NCBI GenBank assembly: GCA_947627835.1
Contig: CANQXM010000002.1
Coordinates: 1-38,123, forward strand
Source: an uncultured Bacilli bacterium
Lineage (GTDB): Bacteria; Bacillota_I; Bacilli_A; RF39; UBA660
DNA length: 38,123 nucleotides
Reading direction: 5' to 3'
Shown: positions 8,267-16,883 of the stretch, in pieces
How the letters are laid out: each line of letters starts with the position of its first letter
How positions within the stretch are numbered: position 1 is the stretch's first letter
Position numbers and translations under genes: made by a program
Notes under the pieces: generated by a model
What the model saw: the letters and a program-made list of their open reading frames with translations, nothing else
The model's database searches: none
What the model was told of the DNA's origin: nothing

Positions 8267-9331
8267 ATGGAAAAAATTTTAACGATTATTATTCCTGCAT
8301 ATAATACGGAAAAGTATATTCTTCGATGTTTAGAAAGTGTTAAACATCCTTTATTTCATGTTGTCATTATCGATGATGGTTCTACTGATAAAACCCCTTT
8401 TATTTTAGATGAATATTGTAAAACGCATCCAGATTTTCAAGTTCTTCATACTCCAAATAAGGGAGCTGCTGCTGCAAGAGTTCTTGGATTATCGTATGTA
8501 GATACCACTTATTTTAGTTTTGTGGATAGTGATGATGTTGTTAACACCAATAGTTATCTTCTCGCTTGCTTACAACTTATGGATTCCAATTACAAAGTAT
8601 TAAATGGGCGAATGTCTGTGTATTTACCTGGATGCCCCATTCGTTTTGATAGTCGAGTATGGGAGAAAGATGACATCAATTTTCAACAAGATAAGCTAGA
8701 GTTTAGTAATACAACTTGTTCTTTGCTAGATAAAATCTGGCACCGAGATTGTCTAAGATTATTTCGTGAGAAGAGCACACAAGTTGTTTATGAAGATATG
8801 GAATTTGTTTATTATGTATTAGCAAAAAAAGGAAAGATGATGCATACCAATTCACTCATTTATAATTATTGTATGAGAGGAATTGATAATCAAAGTACTT
8901 CAGCAATTCAGCTTGATATGCGCTTTGGTAATGGAATTCATGGTTTGTTTCAGGCTTATGAATCCATGAAAAAGAAATTTGTTCATGACCAGTTATTTTC
9001 TTCCTACCAAGCAGAGTTAGAAGCCATTTTAATTAAATTGGTTTACCAACGGATTTATAACATCTTTGTAAATAAAAGTATTGTTAATAAAAAAGAAATG
9101 ATAAAACTTGTTTTAGAAGAATTAACGCGCATTGCTCCAGAATGGACTTCGAATCTGTATCTTTCCGATCATTTTAAAAATAGTGAATATAACGATTATT
9201 TGTTTTATTTAGGTACACAAATTGCTTTCTTCTTCTATCACTTGGATATTCAAAAGATTATGCCAAATCAAGAAGATTTCTTAGAAAGTTATACTCAAAA
9301 AATTATTTTAAAACCTAATTCATTTTTGTAA
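8267..9331 (+). CDS. Family 2 glycosyltransferase
   Basis: N-terminal IIIPAYNTEKYILRCLESV...VIIDDGSTDKT and DSDD motif (FVDSDDVV). Followed by a terminator hairpin. Confidence 0.85.
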   Translation: MEKILTIIIPAYNTEKYILRCLESVKHPLFHVVIIDDGSTDKTPFILDEYCKTHPDFQVLHTPNKGAAAARVLGLSYVDTTYFSFVDSDDVVNTNSYLLACLQLMDSNYKVLNGRMSVYLPGCPIRFDSRVWEKDDINFQQDKLEFSNTTCSLLDKIWHRDCLRLFREKSTQVVYEDMEFVYYVLAKKGKMMHTNSLIYNYCMRGIDNQSTSAIQLDMRFGNGIHGLFQAYESMKKKFVHDQLFSSYQAELEAILIKLVYQRIYNIFVNKSIVNKKEMIKLVLEELTRIAPEWTSNLYLSDHFKNSEYNDYLFYLGTQIAFFFYHLDIQKIMPNQEDFLESYTQKIILKPNSFL

Positions 9332-9354
9332 AATGATTTTATTCTAATCAATGG

Positions 9355-9385
9355 AAAAGCATCCAACATTGACGGATGCTTTTTC
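9355..9385 (+). terminator. Rho-independent terminator between convergent GT2 and MMPL genes
   Basis: AAAAGCATCC (9355-9364) / GGATGCTTTT (9374-9383), a 10-bp stem with a 9-nt loop, followed by T-rich sequence on the plus strand. It probably also serves the minus-strand gene. Confidence 0.7.
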
Positions 9386-12300
9386 TCATTTTGAAAGTTT
9401 TATCTTTTTAGGACGCGTAATGAAGCGATCTAATAAAGCTAAGATAGCGGGTAAGAAAACTAAAATTAGAATGGTAGAATAAATGGTTCCTTCAGAGATT
9501 GTTTTACATATTTTTGCAGCAATTGCCGATGCAAATATGGCAATGATTAATGTTACTAAGATTAAAATTAAGCTCGAAGTTAAAATGGTATGAATGGATT
9601 TATTATAGGAGTTAATGATTGCTTCTTTTATTTCCATAGTTTTTCTATGTTCTAGATAATAGGAAGTATACAAAATGGCATAGTCGATGGTTGCTCCCAT
9701 TAAGATACTTTGAACAATTAAAATGGAAATAAAGTAAACACTTTCTCCGGTTACAGATAAGATTCCCATTGTCAGATAAACGGCACATTGAATAATTAGA
9801 ACCAATATGGTTGGAAGAATGATGGATTTAAATGTGAATGCTACAACAAGGAAGATAGCAATCATCGTGATGATAGTCATTTCATTTAATTCTTTATCAA
9901 ATGTTTGACTGATTTCATAAGCCATTGGAGAATCACCGATTATATAGATCTCCTTATTTTCTTGACGCAATAAGTCTTTCATGTTTTGAATTGCTTGAAA
10001 GGTTTCTTCTCCTTCTTTTGGGAATTCGGTATTTAAAATAATTCTGGAATATTCTTTTCCTATCAGTAAGTTTTTAGCATCCCTAATTTGCGCTTTGGCA
10101 TCTATGATATCCGTTTTTAACTCGTCTTCTAGAAAATCATGGTACTTGGGACTTTCTAAAATTACATCGTGAACGTAGTTTATAAATTCTTCCAGTGTCA
10201 TTTGCCAAGTTTGATTATAGGTTTTATCACTTCCATAGTAAGTATAGAGAACATCGATTGTATTTTTTTCTACTTCATTACTTAGTTTACTTAAGATGGC
10301 AAAGATTTCATCGGCGTTATATTGGGTGTTTTGCATACAATTTTCCATAATTTGATGGATGGTATTTAACTTGGTTATTTTTTGATTATCAAAGTTTTTA
10401 CTATATGTTTCATTGGTAACCACGTCTTTTAAAATGAAGTTAATAAATTCTTTGAATGAAATTTGCATGTTTTTTCCGTTCTGGTTCCATGTGTATAACC
10501 CAAGTAATAAACGTAAGTCATTTGGATTTATGTCTAATAAGTTTGCAAGTTCTTCTGCATTCCATTTTTTATTCTTCTTTGTAAAGTCCATGACCTGATT
10601 TACAATCTTTAATTCCTTTAAGGTATTCTCTTGCATATTTGTTTTTATCACTGGATCGTTCATGTTATTTAGTAGAAACTCCGTAAATTCTACTGGTGTT
10701 AATGCGGTTTGATTTTGGTTGCTTACATAAAGTGCATAAATACTTTTGACTTTGGTTTCATCCATTTCCAGTTGTGTCGATAACTCTTTATAGGAATACT
10801 TGGTTTTTGATATACTTAAGTTTATGATTTTGGCAGCAAGTGTAATTTGCTGTTGTTCTTCAGCAGTCATGTTTTTCTTGATGTCTTCGTTTGTTAAAGC
10901 AAACTGAATCCATTCTTTTACAGACATATTCCAGTCTTCTGTATTTCCACTCAACCATTTACTTAAATTATAAATTTGATTTAGAAGGGTACTATCTATG
11001 TTTAGAATTTTTGCCATTTCTTCTTTTGAATACTTCGTTGGATCTTGTAACATTTCTTTTGGTAAAGCATTTAGTTTACTACTATCTAACTCTTTTAAGT
11101 ATGGTGTTTTTTCTTTGATAAGTTTGATATTTATTGAAAGTTCTGCAAGAGAATAGGTGTCTTTGTTTTCTTCATCAATATACTTTCCTAGGAAAACTTG
11201 ATTTACTTGTTGTTCTTCTATGTTTAATAAACTTGCTAATTCTTTGGCATTTCTTGCTTTATTTATTTGTGTTTCGTCACTAAAAGTGGATAAGTATTGG
11301 ATGGATTCTTTGGTTTTATCATCCAAAAGACTTGCGTACTCTTCTTTTGGTAAGATATTTTTGATGACGAAGTTTGCAAACTCATTTAACGTCATGGTTT
11401 CTTTGATGTCCCCTTTTAATAAATAATACTCATAAATTTCTTCGACTAGGGATTCATCCAGTGAAAATGTTTTTGCCATTTCGGTTCTTAGCATTTTCTT
11501 TTCAATGATTTCTTTGTTTGTAAAAATGCTTAACTTATTTAAATTTTCTTTAGCTCCCGTAGAGATTTTCGATGCATATTCTTTATTTGGAATGACTTCT
11601 TGATTTATAAACGTCAGAAATTCATTTAAGGATACTTCTTGATTTTTTTGGGTAGATAAGTAATAAATTAGTAGATTATCGATTTGATTTTGATCAATTT
11701 GTAAGATTTCTGCTAATTCTTCTTTTGTTCTTTTTTGATTCATTGCAGTCGGTGTGATAAAGTTTTTTAAACGGGTGATATCTTTTTTGGTGGTTTCATC
11801 AATTTTTTTATTTATTTCTGGATTTTGATACGCTTCTTGTTCAATAAAATCAACAAATTCAGCAAAAGTAAGGGCATTTTTATCTTGATCATTAAAGTAA
11901 TCATAATAGATAATTTTTAAAAGGTAGTCTTCGATTTGGCTGTTGCTATTATATTCTTTTAAACGTTCTTTTAATTTGTCATAGGTCAGTTTTTGATTGA
12001 TGGTATTGCTGTAACCTAGCACTTCTTTTACTTTTGGAATATTTTCTAAGTCATTTAATTTGGTAGCAACTTGCTCTTCTTCGTTATTTTTGTAAATTAT
12101 AGCAATTTGATTATTTTCTGTAAATACTTTTGATATTTCATCGCTTTCATTTTCTGTATAAAGAATTCCTAAATCTCCTTTTAATAAAAAGCTACCTAGA
12201 AAAATGATTATGAGTAAAGGAAGGGCTATCCATCGGAAATGATAACTGATTTTTCCTATTTTTTCTAAATGGAAATGAGGTGTTTTTTTCTTAGTTTTTT

Positions 12301-13231
12301 CAATCCATTTATCGAATATTAAGATTAAAGCAGGAAGAACAAAGAAGATGCAAAGTAAACTAAATAAAACCCCTTTGGCTAGAATAAATCCTAAGTCTTT
12401 GCCAATTTTAAAACTCATAAATACTAAGGAAAGAAGTCCAACGATTGTCGTAACGGAACTACTTGAAATGGACTGAAAAGAGGTTGCTAGCGCATTTTTC
12501 ATAGCTTTTTTCTGATCTTTTTCTTTTTGTTTTTCTTGGTCGTATCGATTCATTAACATAATGGAATAATCCATAGATAAGGCCATTTGCAAAATAGCAG
12601 AAATGGAATCGGTAATATGAGAGACATTTGGAAAAAGAATATTGGTTCCTTTATTTAATACTACAGCCATTAAAATAGTAGTTAAAAAAAGGAATGGTTC
12701 TGTATAGGATTCACACATTACTAATAAAATTATTAAAGCACAAATTACTGCTAATGCTACAATCCAAATTGGTAAGACATTTTTATTGGCATCAGAAATA
12801 TCTCCACTTGTAGCTAAGGTATATTCTTGATATTTTTCAGTAATTTCTTCTAGAATGTCTTTGGCAAGTTGGGAATCTGCTTTTTCTTCAATTGAAATGA
12901 CATATAGCGTAGCATTTTCTTTATTGTATGTACTTGATGAGTCGTATTGTACTTCTTTTACTCCAGCGATGTTTTCAAGTTCCTGAGAAATTTTACTTTT
13001 TTCTTCTTCTTGTAAGTTTGTAAACATAATGTTTAAGGTACTATTTTCTGGAAATTCACTTTCCATGATATCCATTCCAACTCTCGTTTCTGAAGTAGTT
13101 GGTAAGTATTTTGAGATATCATGATTAATTTTGACATGACTGGATAATCCGGCGGAAATTATGGTAAGTATTAGGAATACTGCCAAAATAAAATATCTTT
13201 GATCTACAATAAAGTTTGTTAATTTTTTCAT
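9386..13231 (-). CDS. MMPL/RND-superfamily membrane transporter with a giant repeat-containing extracytoplasmic loop
   Basis: Two blocks of about 5-6 TM helices (aa ~155-350 and ~1120-1265), each preceded by a soluble domain as in MMPL/YdfJ-type proteins. AAGGAG RBS. A divergent TetR regulator lies next door. Confidence 0.8.
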   Translation of the reverse strand: MKKLTNFIVDQRYFILAVFLILTIISAGLSSHVKINHDISKYLPTTSETRVGMDIMESEFPENSTLNIMFTNLQEEEKSKISQELENIAGVKEVQYDSSSTYNKENATLYVISIEEKADSQLAKDILEEITEKYQEYTLATSGDISDANKNVLPIWIVALAVICALIILLVMCESYTEPFLFLTTILMAVVLNKGTNILFPNVSHITDSISAILQMALSMDYSIMLMNRYDQEKQKEKDQKKAMKNALATSFQSISSSSVTTIVGLLSLVFMSFKIGKDLGFILAKGVLFSLLCIFFVLPALILIFDKWIEKTKKKTPHFHLEKIGKISYHFRWIALPLLIIIFLGSFLLKGDLGILYTENESDEISKVFTENNQIAIIYKNNEEEQVATKLNDLENIPKVKEVLGYSNTINQKLTYDKLKERLKEYNSNSQIEDYLLKIIYYDYFNDQDKNALTFAEFVDFIEQEAYQNPEINKKIDETTKKDITRLKNFITPTAMNQKRTKEELAEILQIDQNQIDNLLIYYLSTQKNQEVSLNEFLTFINQEVIPNKEYASKISTGAKENLNKLSIFTNKEIIEKKMLRTEMAKTFSLDESLVEEIYEYYLLKGDIKETMTLNEFANFVIKNILPKEEYASLLDDKTKESIQYLSTFSDETQINKARNAKELASLLNIEEQQVNQVFLGKYIDEENKDTYSLAELSINIKLIKEKTPYLKELDSSKLNALPKEMLQDPTKYSKEEMAKILNIDSTLLNQIYNLSKWLSGNTEDWNMSVKEWIQFALTNEDIKKNMTAEEQQQITLAAKIINLSISKTKYSYKELSTQLEMDETKVKSIYALYVSNQNQTALTPVEFTEFLLNNMNDPVIKTNMQENTLKELKIVNQVMDFTKKNKKWNAEELANLLDINPNDLRLLLGLYTWNQNGKNMQISFKEFINFILKDVVTNETYSKNFDNQKITKLNTIHQIMENCMQNTQYNADEIFAILSKLSNEVEKNTIDVLYTYYGSDKTYNQTWQMTLEEFINYVHDVILESPKYHDFLEDELKTDIIDAKAQIRDAKNLLIGKEYSRIILNTEFPKEGEETFQAIQNMKDLLRQENKEIYIIGDSPMAYEISQTFDKELNEMTIITMIAIFLVVAFTFKSIILPTILVLIIQCAVYLTMGILSVTGESVYFISILIVQSILMGATIDYAILYTSYYLEHRKTMEIKEAIINSYNKSIHTILTSSLILILVTLIIAIFASAIAAKICKTISEGTIYSTILILVFLPAILALLDRFITRPKKIKLSK
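10067..11944 (-). repeat. About 8 degenerate tandem ~80-aa protein repeats inside the MMPL transporter (aa ~430-1055)
   Basis: Recurrent pattern [ST]xxE[LM]AxxLxI[DE]xxx[VL]xxxY....(M)[ST][LF]xEFxxF[IVL]xxx[IV]...xxY. Examples are TKEELAEILQIDQNQIDNLLIYY..SLNEFLTFINQEV, LRTEMAKTFSLDESLVEEIYEYY..TLNEFANFVIKNI and NAEELANLLDINPNDLRLLLGLY..SFKEFINFILKDV. The EF anchors fall at aa ~458, 537, 617, 697, 773, 848, 928 and 1015. Confidence 0.7.
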
Positions 13232-13309
13232 GAGAAACTCCTTCTTTCTTCAAAGGCACTAGTATAGTATATTCTGGTTCTTTTGATTTAGAAAGGATAA
13301 ATTTTGGTT

Positions 13310-13331
13310 ATGTGTCTAAATTTAGACACAT
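13310..13331. promoter_or_regulatory. Perfect 22-bp palindrome, candidate TetR operator
   Basis: ATGTGTCTAAA|TTTAGACACAT is its own reverse complement. It lies 79 nt from the MMPL start and 72 nt from the TetR start in the divergent promoter region. Confidence 0.65.
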
Positions 13332-13402
13332 TCTTAAAATATGTATATATTATTTTAAAATTTTATGATATAACTGAGATATCTCTGTGAAAGGAATCGA
13401 TT

Positions 13403-13954
13403 ATGAAAGTACAATGTCTAAATTCTTCTTCTATGAAAACACGCAACTTAATTAAAAAGGTGTTTGCTCAATTAATTCATGAAAAAAAGGAATTAAATCG
13501 CATTACTGTTACTGAACTTGTCAAAAGAGCTGATATTACACGCAGTACGTTTTATACTCATTATGATAATATTTATCAAGTAGCTTCTGAGTATCAAATG
13601 CAAACGATTGACCTGTTATGTAATCCCGATTTAAAACTTCATTCTAAGCAAGATATTCTTTCTTATTTTCATAATATTTATACTTGTTTAAAAGAAAATG
13701 AAGAAACTTATAAACTCCTTTTAACTGCAGATGATTCCTTATTATTTTTAGATAAACTTAAAAATATTGCTTCTGATAAAATTTATGATGCCTTAAAAAA
13801 TATTTGTGGAGATCCTTACTTAGATTTAACCATTTCTTTTTTGATGAATGGAATTACAGTGGAAATGATCCGCTATTTTCGAAATGAAAGTTCTTATTCT
13901 TTAGAAGACTTATTTGCAAATATTCAAAGTTGGTTTCAAAAATTGTTTTCTTAA
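13403..13954 (+). CDS. TetR/AcrR-family transcriptional regulator
   Basis: N-terminal HTH ITVTELVKRADITRSTFYTHYDNIYQV (TetR signature T.FY.H), ~180 aa, divergent from a transporter gene. Confidence 0.85.
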   Translation: MKVQCLNSSSMKTRNLIKKVFAQLIHEKKELNRITVTELVKRADITRSTFYTHYDNIYQVASEYQMQTIDLLCNPDLKLHSKQDILSYFHNIYTCLKENEETYKLLLTADDSLLFLDKLKNIASDKIYDALKNICGDPYLDLTISFLMNGITVEMIRYFRNESSYSLEDLFANIQSWFQKLFS

Positions 13955-14029
13955 TTTAAGCAAGTTTTGAGCAAGTCTTTTTGATTATGATTGTGAATTA
14001 TCGTATTTCTATATCGATATTGTATCATA

Positions 14030-14091
14030 AAAAAACAAGTTTATTTTGAAGTCACTATAAAATTATTTACTTCATTTTAAACTTGTTTTTT
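14030..14091. terminator. Long imperfect hairpin, likely bidirectional terminator between TetR and copA
   Basis: AAAAAACAAGTTTA (14030-14043) pairs with TAAACTTGTTTTTT (14078-14091), with inner pairing TGAAGT/ACTTCA. T-runs follow on both strands. Confidence 0.5.
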
Positions 14092-14092
14092 C

Positions 14093-16273
14093 TTATTTAA
14101 TTTTTCTTAATCGTAGGGCATTCCCAACAACACAGAGGCTTGATAACATCATAGCAGCACTGGCAATCATGGGACTAATTTCAATTCCAAATTTTTTCAA
14201 AAGACCCATAGCAACGGGAATCATGAGTGCATTATAGAAAAAAGCCCAGAATAAATTTTCTTTAATGTTTGTAAGTGTTCTTTTACCAATTTGTAAAAAG
14301 ATAGGAATTTTACCTAGATCATCATTGGTAATGATGACACTTGCTGAGTTACTTGCGATATCCGTACTACTTTTGAGACTTATGCCAATATCTGCAGTTA
14401 CTAAAGATGGCGCGTCATTAATTCCATCTCCTACCATCATGACTTTTTTTCCTTGTTTTTGTAATTCTTTTATATATGCCGTTTTATCACTTGGCAAGAC
14501 ATCGGACACTACTTTATCAATCTGTAGTTCTTTGGCAATTTGTTTAGCAGTCGTTTCATTATCTCCGGTAAGCATGATGACATCGTAGTTTGCTTTTTTT
14601 AAGGTTTCAATCGTTTGGATAGTTTCTTTTCTTACAATGTCTTTTACACCGATAAGGGCGATGATCTCATTTTCTTCCATTACATAAATGATGCTATTTT
14701 TTTCTTTGGTTAATTTTTCTTCTTCTTTTTGATAAGGATTCTTCTGATCTTTTAAAATACTTCGATTTCCTAATACGTATTTTTTATTATTTACTTTGGC
14801 TTTGATTCCTCTTCCTGGTAATTCTTTAAAATCTTCTACTTTGAGGTTTTCTCGTTTTTCATTTTGGAAGGCTTTTGCTAAGGGATGAGAAGTCTTTGAT
14901 TCGATATTACTAATGATGTTTAAAAGGGTCTCTTTGTCATAATTGGAATGGTTATAAAATGCAGCGATTTGGGGCGTTCCATATGTTAATGTTCCGGTTT
15001 TATCAAAGATGATGGTATCAATATGAGAAGCCATTTCCAACGTTTCACTGGATTTAATTAACAAATTACTTTTTGCAGATGCACCAATGGATGTTACAAC
15101 TGCAAGTGGCGTGGCAAGTCCAAGGGCACAAGGACAAGCTACTACGAGTACGGTAACCATAGTAATTAATGCTTCATTTAAACTCGCATTGAAAATGAGA
15201 TTCCCAATTAGTGTTAAAACCGCTAGAATGATGATAGAGGGAACAAAGTAAGCACTGATTTTATCAGCAATTCGTGAAATAGGCATTTTGGAATTACTTG
15301 CTTCTAATACGAGATGAACCATTTCAGAAATAGTCGATTTCGGTCCAATTTTTTCTGCTTTGTATTCAACAACGCCATCATAGTTCATACTTCCTGCAAC
15401 AATTTTATTCCCTACTTGCTTTTTAATGGGCGTAGATTCTCCGGTAATGAAGGATTCATCAAAATGAGCCGTTCCATCTGTGATGATTCCATCCACTGCG
15501 ACTTTCATTCCAGGTTTCACTATTAACAAATCCCCTATTTTGACTTCGTCGATGGTTGTTTCTTGTTCTTTTCCATTCTTTTTTAAAAGAGCACTTTCCG
15601 GTGTTACTTTTACTAATTCTTTGATGGCTTCTTTTGTTTTTTCTTTGCTATGTTGATCAATGGTTCTTCCTAATTTAACAAATAGAATCATCATACATAC
15701 AGATTCAAAATATAGATGCATTCCGGCGTCCATGCGTCCAAAGAATAGAAGAATTACATTTACAAAGCTATATAGGAAACTGGTTAGAACTCCTAAAGAA
15801 ACTAAAGTATCCATATTGGGAGATTTTAAAAATAAGTTTTTGATTCCCTTTATGAAAATATCTTTTCCATAAATAAAATAAGGAATCGTACATATTAATA
15901 AAGCAAGGGCATGATTTTTGGGATTTTCTTTCATACTCAAAGCAGGAATTTCTGGAAAATGAAACATATGAGCCATAGATAGATACATGATTAATATCAT
16001 GAAAAGGCCAAGTGCAATTAAAATCAAAATACTTCGATCTTTTTTATTTTTTTCCTCTTCTTTATAAATTCCTTTGTAAGTGTATCCAGAGTTTTTAATA
16101 TAACTTGCTAAGGTATCAATACTGATATCATCTTCATAGTGAATAAGTGCTGTTCCCATGACTAAATTTACAGAAACATCAATGATTCCTTTTTGTTTGC
16201 TTACGTATTTTTCAATGTGGTTGGAGCAAGCAGAACACGTCATTCCTTCAATTTTTAAGATAATCTTTTTCAT
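14093..16273 (-). CDS. copA: Copper-translocating P1B-type ATPase
   Basis: N-terminal HMA domain GMTCSACSNHIEKY. Also TGES (ITGESTPI), CPC (VVACPCALGLATP), DKTGTLT, and the GDGINDAP hinge. Confidence 0.95.
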   Translation of the reverse strand: MKKIILKIEGMTCSACSNHIEKYVSKQKGIIDVSVNLVMGTALIHYEDDISIDTLASYIKNSGYTYKGIYKEEEKNKKDRSILILIALGLFMILIMYLSMAHMFHFPEIPALSMKENPKNHALALLICTIPYFIYGKDIFIKGIKNLFLKSPNMDTLVSLGVLTSFLYSFVNVILLFFGRMDAGMHLYFESVCMMILFVKLGRTIDQHSKEKTKEAIKELVKVTPESALLKKNGKEQETTIDEVKIGDLLIVKPGMKVAVDGIITDGTAHFDESFITGESTPIKKQVGNKIVAGSMNYDGVVEYKAEKIGPKSTISEMVHLVLEASNSKMPISRIADKISAYFVPSIIILAVLTLIGNLIFNASLNEALITMVTVLVVACPCALGLATPLAVVTSIGASAKSNLLIKSSETLEMASHIDTIIFDKTGTLTYGTPQIAAFYNHSNYDKETLLNIISNIESKTSHPLAKAFQNEKRENLKVEDFKELPGRGIKAKVNNKKYVLGNRSILKDQKNPYQKEEEKLTKEKNSIIYVMEENEIIALIGVKDIVRKETIQTIETLKKANYDVIMLTGDNETTAKQIAKELQIDKVVSDVLPSDKTAYIKELQKQGKKVMMVGDGINDAPSLVTADIGISLKSSTDIASNSASVIITNDDLGKIPIFLQIGKRTLTNIKENLFWAFFYNALMIPVAMGLLKKFGIEISPMIASAAMMLSSLCVVGNALRLRKIK

Positions 16274-16277
16274 GAAA

Positions 16278-16487
16278 TTATCCTTCTATAACTTCAAAGC
16301 CAAGTTCATTTATTTTGTCTTTCATGATACGCATTGGCACTTCTTTGGTAAGAGTACACTTTACTTCTCCCGTTTTGTGATTGGCATCTACTTTTTTGAT
16401 ACCTTCTATATCACTTAAAGCATTTTTAATGCGATTTTCACATCCAGTACAAGACATTCCTTTTACTTTTACAATTACTTTTTCCAT
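16278..16487 (-). CDS. copZ: Copper chaperone, HMA domain
   Basis: 69 aa with GMSCTGCENRIKNAL (MxCxxC). AGGAGG RBS. Its stop codon (16278-16280) lies 4 nt upstream of the copA start codon at 16273. Confidence 0.9.
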   Translation of the reverse strand: MEKVIVKVKGMSCTGCENRIKNALSDIEGIKKVDANHKTGEVKCTLTKEVPMRIMKDKINELGFEVIEG

Positions 16488-16499
16488 CTATTTTTCCTC

Positions 16500-16808
16500 C
16501 TATTTATGAAATCTTTTAAATAAACTGATGATTTCATCGAGTGATTCTAATTTGCCATTTTCTAAATCATCGGTAATACAACTATATAAATGTTCTTCTA
16601 AAATCATGTTGGATAAATTTTGAATGGCTTTTTCCACTGCAGCTAGTTCGATTAGTACATCGTTGCAATAAACATTTTCATTAATCATTTTTTGAATGCC
16701 ATGAATTTGACCTTCAATTCGATTTAGACGATGATTTAATAATTCTAGGTCTTTGGTTCCACGTTTATTTTTTCGATAATGACAACATTTCTCACTCATT
16801 TTTTTCAC
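16500..16808 (-). CDS. csoR: CsoR-family copper-sensing transcriptional repressor
   Basis: RLNRIEGQIHGIQKMI core of the CsoR/DUF156 family, with C-H-C ligand positions (VYCNDV ... EEHLYSC). First gene of the cop operon. Confidence 0.9.
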   Translation of the reverse strand: MKKMSEKCCHYRKNKRGTKDLELLNHRLNRIEGQIHGIQKMINENVYCNDVLIELAAVEKAIQNLSNMILEEHLYSCITDDLENGKLESLDEIISLFKRFHK

Positions 16809-16847
16809 CAGTCTTATTATAATATAATTCTTAAAAATATAAAATAA

Positions 16848-16862
16848 GGGGGTATATGGTGG
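16848..16862. promoter_or_regulatory. G5-containing box GGGGGTATATGGTGG, candidate CsoR operator half-site
   Basis: This is the only G/C-rich element in the otherwise AT-only csoR upstream region, 40-55 nt upstream of the start. Described CsoR operators carry a GGGGGTA-type arm as I remember it, but I cannot see the matching TACCC arm. Confidence 0.3.
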
Positions 16863-16883
16863 ATTTCCTTTTAAAACAAATAT

